DNA of 64,000 nucleotides from Anaerolineales bacterium (GTDB lineage Bacteria; Chloroflexota; Anaerolineae; Anaerolineales; RBG-16-64-43), in NCBI GenBank assembly GCA_034430775.1, contig DAOUDU010000178.1, forward strand, positions 499 through 64,498. The letters are read 5' to 3'. Positions 56,990-64,000 of this stretch are shown here, in pieces. The notes below the pieces were generated by a model. It made no database searches. It was not told the origin of the DNA and worked only from the letters and a program-made list of their open reading frames with translations. Position numbers and translations under genes: made by a program. The first letter of the stretch is position 1; each line of letters begins with the position of its first letter.

Positions 56990-57262
56990 GCTCCCGTCTG
57001 TGGATAAACGGCACTTATCTGTGGATAAACGGACCTTTTTGGGGAGAGGGATTAGGCGTCTGGCGCTTTTGCTTCAAAAACCGGCCGATTTTCAGCGAAC
57101 GGTTGTTCTTTTTGTTTTCTGTGTTTTTCGTCGTTTTCTGCCTCCACAGCCTATCCTTTGGTTCTCAAGTGTTTTTTCTCTTAATTGCCTATATCTATCA
57201 CCTTTTCCTTTTATTCACAGACACTACTACAACTACCTATCTCTATCTACTTATCAACAAGG
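56990..57262. other. Candidate oriC core, with a DnaA-box cluster and an AT/T-rich unwinding region.
   Basis: Two perfect TGTGGATAA boxes lie at 56999..57007 and 57020..57028, inside a 21-bp direct repeat ctgtggataaacgg. TTATTCACA (57211..57219) and TTATCAACA (57251..57259) each have 1 mismatch. A T-rich, low-GC stretch spans 57060..57260. Confidence 0.65.
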
Positions 57263-58690
57263 TTAAGGTGCCCCTATAATATTCACAAACGCGTTCGCCG
57301 ATCTTGCCACCCAGGGAAGGTAGGCCTGCGGAAAAAGCCCAAGGAACAAAAGCAAAAAAATTGAGGCGAGCAAGAACACACGCAGAGACCTGCTTTTTTC
57401 AACCGATAATGGGAGTGTTACAGTGAAATGAAGCATTGGCCGGGCAAACCGGAAAACAGAAAGGACGCCAGCCAGCAGGGAAAGCAGCAAGGAAAACGGC
57501 AGAAGCAAACCGAGCGAACCGGCGGAGACAGAGGAAGTTAATTCCTTGAGCAAAGCCCACAAGGGCGGGAAGGAAATCAGCCCCGGTGCGCCGACCAAAG
57601 ACAACCCGGATAAAAGCGCGGCTGAAAAAGCCAACGGGTGGGTGGCTGCCGCACCGCGCAAATCCTCCAGACGGTCGCTAGCATGGGTGGGCCGCAGCGA
57701 ATGAAACGAGACACCCCACACGAGGAGGGAAAAGCCGCGGGCAGCCAAAAGCACCATCGCTGTTTGCGCGCCGGAAGGGCCGGGAACGGAAAGGCTAAGC
57801 AGCAGCGCGCCAAGATTGCACATAGAAAGATACCCAATAGCGCGTCCAAGACGGCTTTGAAAAACTGAAAAAACACCGCCCACCAGGCACATCCCCACGC
57901 CACCGAATTGCAGGGCTGTATAAACCGCAAGGGAAAGACGAAGCCATGAAAAGCCGTCCAGAAAGCGCAGGAGCAGAAAAATAACCGCGCCGATGTAAAG
58001 CGACAGAATGAAGGAGACACTGTAGGGAGAAGAATCGTCAACGACTTCCGGCAGCCAGAAATGGAATGGGGGAAAGGAGATCAGCAAGCCGAATCCGAGG
58101 CATAGCTGCAACAATAAAAAATGCAGGTCGGCGGTTTCTGTGGGCAGGTTGTCGAGGATCGATAATTCGGAACCGGCCAGAAGCAGGAAAAGCATCCCCA
58201 ACGCGGAATACGAAATCCAACGCACGGCGCCACGCGGAACGGGGTACGAAGAATCGGACAACAAGAGGGAAAGGAAAAGCACGGACAAAAAGAGAAAGAA
58301 CGCCGCATACAAAAAAGGTTGTACAAAAAGCGATGCGGAAAACAGACTTAGGACGACCCATCCCACGGGCACAAGGATCCGGCTAAGGGGAGTGGCGAGG
58401 CTTCCGCCGAAGAGTGCCGCCCCGCCAAAGAACAGGAATAGAACCGCGGACCGCAAACTCGGGTCGAACGTGAATTGACGGCCCAATAATGAAAAGGAGC
58501 CGGATACGGATATCGGGTAACCGAGAACCACCCACGGCGCGTCGAGGGGGAGGACGGATGCGAACCAGGCCATACCGGCCGCAAGCACGGTGGAGATGAA
58601 AATCGTCAATCGGGGGCGAAGCGGAAACAGGAAATATGCGGCAAGGGCGGCGGCAACCGGCAGCACGAGATACACGGCGGGCGCGTTCAT
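57263..58690 (-). CDS. Divergent proton-conducting antiporter-like membrane subunit (NuoN/NuoM/MrpD family-like).
   Basis: 475 aa with about 14 TM helices. FPPFHFWLPEVVDDSSPYSVSFILSLYIGAVIFLLLRF resembles the family motif HxWLPxA..E.PTPVSALLHA. QSRLGRAIGYLSMCNLG resembles Q.D.KR.LAYSS..H.G. Its start overlaps the upstream stop as ATGA. Confidence 0.55.
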   Translation of the reverse strand: MNAPAVYLVLPVAAALAAYFLFPLRPRLTIFISTVLAAGMAWFASVLPLDAPWVVLGYPISVSGSFSLLGRQFTFDPSLRSAVLFLFFGGAALFGGSLATPLSRILVPVGWVVLSLFSASLFVQPFLYAAFFLFLSVLFLSLLLSDSSYPVPRGAVRWISYSALGMLFLLLAGSELSILDNLPTETADLHFLLLQLCLGFGLLISFPPFHFWLPEVVDDSSPYSVSFILSLYIGAVIFLLLRFLDGFSWLRLSLAVYTALQFGGVGMCLVGGVFSVFQSRLGRAIGYLSMCNLGALLLSLSVPGPSGAQTAMVLLAARGFSLLVWGVSFHSLRPTHASDRLEDLRGAAATHPLAFSAALLSGLSLVGAPGLISFPPLWALLKELTSSVSAGSLGLLLPFSLLLSLLAGVLSVFRFARPMLHFTVTLPLSVEKSRSLRVFLLASIFLLLFLGLFPQAYLPWVARSANAFVNIIGAP

Positions 58691-59295
58691 GGTTCACCCC
58701 GGCTTTCTGAAGCGGTTTGCGGTGCGGCGTGGGAGTGCAGAATGATCAGCGCCATCACCATCGCCAGATCCGTAACGGCCAGAAGCGCCAGGACCAGCAG
58801 AGATTGCTCGATCCACAAATAACCGAGTTCAAAACCCTGCAGGACGGTCAATAAGCTGGCCGCCGAACGCAGCGGATGCTCCGAAAGGCCGAGGTTGAGC
58901 AGGCCGGCGCAAAACAGCGAGAGCGCAGCAAACGCCACACCCGCCGGGGGATCACGAAAAACCCCGGTAAGTTGGGGCAGCAGGGCGACAAGTGAGGAAA
59001 AAAGGAACAGCAGCAAGGAAAACCGGAAGAAGGCCTGAATCGGAGAGTTTTCCTCGTCGGCGACCACGCGGTTTTCCCGAGAAAGCGTAAGGGCGAGGAG
59101 TGTAACGGCGATTAATCCGACGATGGTTTTCGCAATCGCCACCGGGAGGGGGGTAACTTGGGACGACACCAATCCCAGTCCAACAGACTGAAGCGCCAGT
59201 GCGGACAGACTGCGAGTCCAGGAACGGAAAAGAGTCAGAAATCCCGTGCCGGACAGCAAACAGATAAATCCGATGAGGATGAACTCGGACGGCAA
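58687..59295 (-). CDS. Hypothetical polytopic membrane protein; the C-terminal half may be NuoK/MrpC-like.
   Basis: The start is set at TTG 59295, 1 nt after the upstream TAG and 5 nt after GGAGG. It has 5-6 TM helices. Membrane-embedded Glu residues occur in GFELGYLWIEQS. Confidence 0.45.
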   Translation of the reverse strand: MPSEFILIGFICLLSGTGFLTLFRSWTRSLSALALQSVGLGLVSSQVTPLPVAIAKTIVGLIAVTLLALTLSRENRVVADEENSPIQAFFRFSLLLFLFSSLVALLPQLTGVFRDPPAGVAFAALSLFCAGLLNLGLSEHPLRSAASLLTVLQGFELGYLWIEQSLLVLALLAVTDLAMVMALIILHSHAAPQTASESRGEP

Positions 59296-59296
59296 C

Positions 59297-60892
59297 CTAG
59301 CCTCCTCGAAAAACCAGGTAAAGTAGCAACGCAATCCCCAGCGACCACAACATAGACCCTTCGCCGCTTAGGAATGACTCTACGCCAGATACCAGGACCG
59401 CCGTTTTTTGAAAAGTAAAAACGACGGATTGCTGCAACCATTCCAGACGGAAAAATTTTTCCAAATAGGCGAACAGCGTGGCGCTGGTGCGGTGGAAGCG
59501 CCGGATGAAGAACGCCATGAAAATGCTGCCGCCAAGCACCAGTAGCGGAAATACAATGGACCCGACGGAGGCGACGCCGGTCCAAACGGGAAAAAGCAGG
59601 GCGATAAGGGCTGCGGCCATGCCTGCGGAAAATATAAATAGGAAAACCGGTTCGTTGGACGGAAAGGCATCCACCGGTTCGAAAGCCAGCCGGAAGACGG
59701 CGCAAACGACAAATGTTTGACAAAGCAGTAGAGGAAACAGCATGGGGAACCAAGATGGCGCAAACAACCCGGGATAAACCGCCGCACTCCAAACGGATGC
59801 GGGTGAGAATGGAATACCGGCCAAAAGGACTCCCAGCAGGACTGGAAATGCCGCCATCCAGCGTCGGTGGGAGAGGTATCCGATGTAGGCAAGGAGAATC
59901 CCCCCGCCAAGGATTAATAAGCCCCCGGCTGCCAGGAAAAGTCCGGATGCGGAGGGAAAGACAATCGCCGAGAGCAGCGTATAACCCGGAAGGATTACAA
60001 AAAAAACATCACGACGCCCAAAGGGAGAAGCGGATATGCACCACTGCCATCCGGATGCCAGCGTAAAGACCACAAGGGGAATGACCGGCCATGAGAACCC
60101 CCAACCTACATCGGCGATTTCCGTCGCAGAAGGCCAGATATTAGCCAGGAGGCAAAGGCAGGCCGCGGGAGAGACGATCCGTAATAGGATTTCCGTTCCG
60201 GTTGAAGTGGTATGAAGACGGGAAAAAGTGAATTGGATGGGCGCCAAGAGCATGCGGAGGAGGATCCCTGAAAGGAAGAGAATTGGTGCAAGGTTAACTT
60301 GCGACGCCTCCCACACCACACCCCAATCGGATCCCGATCCGGGGGATCCCATGAACAGCGAAAATAGCACCAGGATGTTGCCGAGCATATTTATGGCGAG
60401 AACCGCCAACGAGTGCGAAAGCGAGGAGGAGATTCCCCGCGGGCCGATTTCTACGGGGCTTTTCAGAAAGAGCATCGCCAGGAATGAAAGCAAATCGATC
60501 AACGACCAGGCGATGATTACCGTCAAAGGGGTGATGGCAAAACAAGCCACGATTCCCACAATGGTCAGCAAATAAATTATTAGGCGTGAGGTTCTGCCCG
60601 GGCTGTGGCGCAGGGGGCGGGTCCACTCGATTAACAGTAACAGGCAGCAGAAATATGCACAGAAGGAAACGGACGGTGCGGAAGCCCGGAGCCCCAGCGG
60701 ATCCGGGAAAAGACCGGCCGGCGACCATGCGAATGAAAAAGTCTCGGGGAGCGGAAGCCGTAGGAAAAGCATGCCCAAAGCCGCCACCGGAACCAGGGCG
60801 ACACCGATGTGCAGGTTACGGCGCTGCGGCGGAATAAAGAATGTGGCCAATGCGCCGATAGTTAATATGACAATGACGGTAAGGACAATCAT
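59297..60892 (-). CDS. Hypothetical polytopic membrane protein, distantly antiporter-like (NuoL/M/N-type).
   Basis: 531 aa with about 15 TM helices. It is extremely rich in Leu/Phe/Ser/Ala/Gly. There is only loose similarity to the 475-aa protein (LAPIQFTFSRLHTTSTGTEILLRIVSPAACLCLL). An extended -10 (atgcTAGAAT) lies on the minus strand about 20 nt upstream. Confidence 0.4.
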   Translation of the reverse strand: MIVLTVIVILTIGALATFFIPPQRRNLHIGVALVPVAALGMLFLRLPLPETFSFAWSPAGLFPDPLGLRASAPSVSFCAYFCCLLLLIEWTRPLRHSPGRTSRLIIYLLTIVGIVACFAITPLTVIIAWSLIDLLSFLAMLFLKSPVEIGPRGISSSLSHSLAVLAINMLGNILVLFSLFMGSPGSGSDWGVVWEASQVNLAPILFLSGILLRMLLAPIQFTFSRLHTTSTGTEILLRIVSPAACLCLLANIWPSATEIADVGWGFSWPVIPLVVFTLASGWQWCISASPFGRRDVFFVILPGYTLLSAIVFPSASGLFLAAGGLLILGGGILLAYIGYLSHRRWMAAFPVLLGVLLAGIPFSPASVWSAAVYPGLFAPSWFPMLFPLLLCQTFVVCAVFRLAFEPVDAFPSNEPVFLFIFSAGMAAALIALLFPVWTGVASVGSIVFPLLVLGGSIFMAFFIRRFHRTSATLFAYLEKFFRLEWLQQSVVFTFQKTAVLVSGVESFLSGEGSMLWSLGIALLLYLVFRGG

Positions 60893-61032
60893 CCATTCGC
60901 CTGGGAAGAAATTCTAGCATATTCTATTTTTGGAGGTGCGGGGGAAGGGGGCGAAGAGGAGGAGCGGGCCGTTACATGGAGGCGGCCGGAAACACGGCCG
61001 GCGGATCTATCGGAGATTTGCAATGGAGGGTG

Positions 61033-61275
61033 CTAGACGGCTGAAGCGACCGGAAGCATTTTATCCAGAATGCGCTCCAGCGCCATTGTGTGGCAGCATA
61101 CGCCGCGCAGATGGAAAAATTCGCAATCACACTGCCAATGGCCTTGATCGAACTTGACTTGGTGATTATTGTTGTCACCGCGGAACGTCATTGCAAACTG
61201 ATCGAAATGGAAACGGTCGGGTTCCTGTGCGTAGCGTTTAGCCTTCTCGATTTTTCCGATCATTCCGTAATCCAT
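61033..61275 (-). CDS. Small SWIM-type zinc-finger protein.
   Basis: The start is set at ATG 61275 after a GGAG Shine-Dalgarno sequence (MDYGMIGKIEKAKRY...). The CxC...CxH signature is WQCDCEFFHLRGVCCHTMA. The track 5' extension covers a terminator hairpin. Confidence 0.7.
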   Translation of the reverse strand: MDYGMIGKIEKAKRYAQEPDRFHFDQFAMTFRGDNNNHQVKFDQGHWQCDCEFFHLRGVCCHTMALERILDKMLPVASAV

Positions 61276-61289
61276 AGGCAGCTCCTTTG

Positions 61290-61324
61290 AAAAAAAAAGG
61301 CACGCGGGCGCAGGGCCCCGTGCC
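61290..61324 (-). terminator. Strong intrinsic terminator just upstream of the SWIM gene Shine-Dalgarno sequence.
   Basis: On the minus strand the sequence is GGCACGGGGCCCTGCGCCCGCGTGCC followed by 9 T residues. Confidence 0.75.
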
Positions 61325-61395
61325 AAAGATGGTTTAAGTGAACTGTCGATCCGTTCCGCTCATGGCGGTTTTCCTCCGGCAATGAAGGTGATTGC

Positions 61396-61424
61396 AGTAT
61401 AAAAGATTATTCTCAGGATGTCAA
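61396..61424 (-). promoter_or_regulatory. Near-consensus sigma-70 promoter on the minus strand.
   Basis: TTGACA (61424..61419), a 17-nt spacer, then TATACT (61401..61396). It lies 13 nt downstream of the uvrA stop. Confidence 0.6.
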
Positions 61425-61436
61425 CCCGGCTCTATC

Positions 61437-64000
61437 TTATTTCGGTAATATTGGACGCAGCGCGGACCCTGTAAAAGAATTGTTAATTCCGCAGATTCCC
61501 TCCGGAGTGCCCGCCCCCACGATCTCGCCGCCGCCAAGGCCGCCTTCCGGGCCCAAGTCGATGATCCAGTCGGAGGTTTTTATCACGTCCAGATTGTGTT
61601 CAATGACGATCACCGTGTTGCCTGCATCGGTCAGATGGTGCAGAACATCCAGAAGTTTCTGGATGTCCGCAAAATGCAATCCGGTGGTCGGCTCGTCGAG
61701 GATATACAATGTCCGGCCGGTTGACAGTTTGCTTAATTCCTTGGCCAGCTTGACACGCTGCGCTTCACCGCCGGAAAGGGTGGTCGCGGATTGCCCCAAT
61801 TTAATGTATTCCAATCCGACATCCTTCAAGGTGCCCAGCAGACGGGAAATTCCGGGAAACGCGCCGAACAGATCCAATGCCTCAACGACGTCCAGTCCCA
61901 AGATATCCGAAATGGAGCGCCCCTTGAACTTCACTTGCTGGGTTTCGCGATTAAAGCGGGTTCCCTTGCATACGTCGCAGGTAATCCACACATCCGGGAG
62001 GAAATGCATTTCCACCCGTTTCCTTCCATGGCCCTGGCAGGCTTCGCAGCGTCCACCGCGCACGTTGAAGGAAAACCTCCCGGCGGTATAGCCACGGGCC
62101 TTGGATTCCGGAATCTCGGCGAATACCTTCCGGATTTCGGAATAGACACCGATATAGGTGGCGGGATTCGAACGCGGGGTACGGCCGATCGGATCCTGCG
62201 TGATGTCGATGACCTTGTCGAAATGGTCCAATCCTTCTATCTTCCGAAACGCCCCCGGTTTTTCGAGGGTGCCGTGAAGCCGGGCCGCCAGCGCCGGAAA
62301 CAGCGTTTCGGCGATGAGCGAAGATTTCCCGGATCCTGAAACGCCGGTGACGCAGGTGAACAGGCCGACGGGGAAACGGACGTCGATGTTTTTCAGATTG
62401 TTGTGGTGTGCGCCCCGGATTGATAGCCAGTGCCCATTGGGGGAACGCCGGCCGTTGGTGTGATCGGATTGGCGGGTGCCGGCCGCCACAATCCTTTCGC
62501 CGCTGAGATATTTCCCCGTAATCGATTCCGGATTTCGGGCGATGTCTTTGGGTTTGCCGGACGCCACAATCCGGCCGCCGAGAATCCCCGCGCCCGGGCC
62601 GAAATCAACGATGTAATCCGCCGCTTCGATCGTCTCGCGGTCGTGTTCCACGACGATGACCGTGTTTCCCAAATCCCGCAGCCGGATGAGGGATTCCAGC
62701 AGCCGCCGGTTGTCACGGGCGTGTAAACCGATCGACGGTTCATCGAGGATGTACATCACACCCACTAACCCGGAACCGATCTGCGAGGCCAGCCGGATGC
62801 GCTGGCCCTCGCCGCCGGAAAGGGTCGGCGCGGAGCGCTCCAACGCCAGATAGTGCAACCCGACATTAGTTAAAAATTCCAGCCGCGCGACGATTTCCTT
62901 GAGGATTTCTCCTGCTATCTGCGACTGATCGGAAGAGAGTTCCAGGGTGGAGAAGAACTGCAGAGCATCGCCGATCGAGAGGGCATTCACCTCAACGATC
63001 GTCTTGCCTGCGAATCGGACCGACGTCGCTTCGGGCCGCAGCCGGGATCCGCGGCAGACGGGGCATTTCTGGTACGACATGAACTTCGAATACCATTCGC
63101 GCATGCCCTCAGAATGCGTTTGATGGTAGCGGCGGGCGATCGAGGGGATGACTCCTTCATACGTGGATTCCCAGGAACCCTGGCCGCCCTTCTCATTGCC
63201 CCATTCCCACCGCACCCGTACGCGCTCGTCGCCATGAAGCATCCCCTTGCGGGCCTTTTCCGGGAGTTCTTTCCAGGGCGTATCGAGTGAAAATTTGTAG
63301 TGGCGCGCGAAATTCTTCGCGATCATCCGTGCCGATCTCGAAGTTTTAAATGTGCCCCAGGCGCGGATCGCGCCGTCGGCGATGGATTTATCCGGGTCGA
63401 CGAATTTGTCCGGATCGAAGTTGAATTTCTGTCCTAACCCGTTGCATTCGGGGCACATTCCAAGCGGGGAATTGAAGGAGAACATCGGCGGGGAAAGTTC
63501 GGGAAAGGATATGCCGCAGTACGCGCAAGCGTTCTGCTCGCTCATTTCGAGTTCTTTGCGTGCCCCGGTGGAGACGACGACGGATCCGTTCCCCACCCGC
63601 AGCGTGGTCTCGACCGAATCCGCCAGGCGGATACGGAAATCCGGGTCGGGTTCCACCGGAAGAACGAGCCGGTCGATGACGATCTCGATGTCGTGTTTGC
63701 GAGTTTTCGCCAGGCGAATCGTCTGATCCAGATCCGTCACCACCCCGTTCACCCGCGCCCGCTGAAAGCCGCTGGCCCTGGCCTCTAAAAGCACATCGTC
63801 ATGTGTTCCCTTCCGCTTGCGCACGACCGGTGCCAACAACAGAAGTTTGGTGCCCGGCCGCAGGGAGAGAATCTGATCCACGATTTGGGTCGATGTCTGG
63901 CGGGCGACCGGACGGCCGCAGCGCGGACAAAAGGGCGATCCGGCGCGCGCGAACAGGACTCGCAGGTAATCGCTGATCTCCGTTACGGTCCCGACGGTCG
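61437..64000 (-). CDS. uvrA: Excinuclease ABC subunit A; the N-terminal end lies beyond the right edge.
   Basis: ABC motifs are GVSGSGKSSL, LSGGEAQR and LYILDEPTTGLH. Zinc-finger Cys pairs are present (CPECNGLG, CEACQGHG). The reading frame stays open from 63881 to 64000 (...SPFCPRCGRPVARQTSTQIVDQILSL), so the gene is 5'-truncated by the window. Confidence 0.95.
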   Translation of the reverse strand, partial: TVGTVTEISDYLRVLFARAGSPFCPRCGRPVARQTSTQIVDQILSLRPGTKLLLLAPVVRKRKGTHDDVLLEARASGFQRARVNGVVTDLDQTIRLAKTRKHDIEIVIDRLVLPVEPDPDFRIRLADSVETTLRVGNGSVVVSTGARKELEMSEQNACAYCGISFPELSPPMFSFNSPLGMCPECNGLGQKFNFDPDKFVDPDKSIADGAIRAWGTFKTSRSARMIAKNFARHYKFSLDTPWKELPEKARKGMLHGDERVRVRWEWGNEKGGQGSWESTYEGVIPSIARRYHQTHSEGMREWYSKFMSYQKCPVCRGSRLRPEATSVRFAGKTIVEVNALSIGDALQFFSTLELSSDQSQIAGEILKEIVARLEFLTNVGLHYLALERSAPTLSGGEGQRIRLASQIGSGLVGVMYILDEPSIGLHARDNRRLLESLIRLRDLGNTVIVVEHDRETIEAADYIVDFGPGAGILGGRIVASGKPKDIARNPESITGKYLSGERIVAAGTRQSDHTNGRRSPNGHWLSIRGAHHNNLKNIDVRFPVGLFTCVTGVSGSGKSSLIAETLFPALAARLHGTLEKPGAFRKIEGLDHFDKVIDITQDPIGRTPRSNPATYIGVYSEIRKVFAEIPESKARGYTAGRFSFNVRGGRCEACQGHGRKRVEMHFLPDVWITCDVCKGTRFNRETQQVKFKGRSISDILGLDVVEALDLFGAFPGISRLLGTLKDVGLEYIKLGQSATTLSGGEAQRVKLAKELSKLSTGRTLYILDEPTTGLHFADIQKLLDVLHHLTDAGNTVIVIEHNLDVIKTSDWIIDLGPEGGLGGGEIVGAGTPEGICGINNSFTGSALRPILPK

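Noticed and set aside
56995-57035. A 21-bp direct repeat (ctgtggataaacgg...) considered as a possible CRISPR or iteron array.
   Set aside because: There are only two units and each is a perfect DnaA box next to dnaA, so it is interpreted as part of oriC. No CRISPR-like array exists in the window.

Overview
This is a high-GC bacterial chromosomal window. Its gene content fits a monoderm lineage such as Chloroflexota or Actinomycetota, but the taxon cannot be verified without a database search. The window spans the replication-origin region. dnaA lies at 55.4-56.8 kb with DnaA-box clusters on both sides, and dnaN is displaced about 12 kb away on the opposite strand. About 55 protein genes are supported. 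They cover cell wall and division (rsgA, two tandem PBP2-type transpeptidases, maf, a C39-like/LysM protein), signalling (a GAF histidine kinase, a PAS-GAF-GGDEF cyclase), housekeeping (trpB2 behind a Trp-specific T-box leader, lpd, gdh, an aminotransferase, a split gatC-gatA...gatB string, surE, pcm, phoU), transporters and uvrA. The stand-out is a compact, non-canonical type VII secretion (ESX/Ess)-like island at about 13.9-22.5 kb. It contains an EccC/EssC-like three-domain FtsK/SpoIIIE ATPase, one classical WXG100 gene and two paralogous WXG-like genes with an SGW(E/Q) motif. It also contains a YukD-like ubiquitin-fold protein fused to an FHA domain, and a 458-aa putative substrate with a WXG/LXG-like N-terminus and a papain-like Cys/His C-terminal domain. 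No other known T7SS membrane components were recognised. The core is bracketed by two copies of a 67-bp palindromic element. Other points of interest are recurrent leaderless TA(G/T)AAT-N5-7-ATG gene starts, an orphan three-gene operon of highly divergent complex-I/Mrp antiporter-like membrane proteins next to oriC, a promoter/mini-ORF/terminator unit between uvrA and a SWIM zinc-finger gene, and several tandem paralog pairs. No rRNA, tRNA, CRISPR array, transposase or integrase was recognised. All functional calls come from motif reading by eye, and none has been checked against a database.
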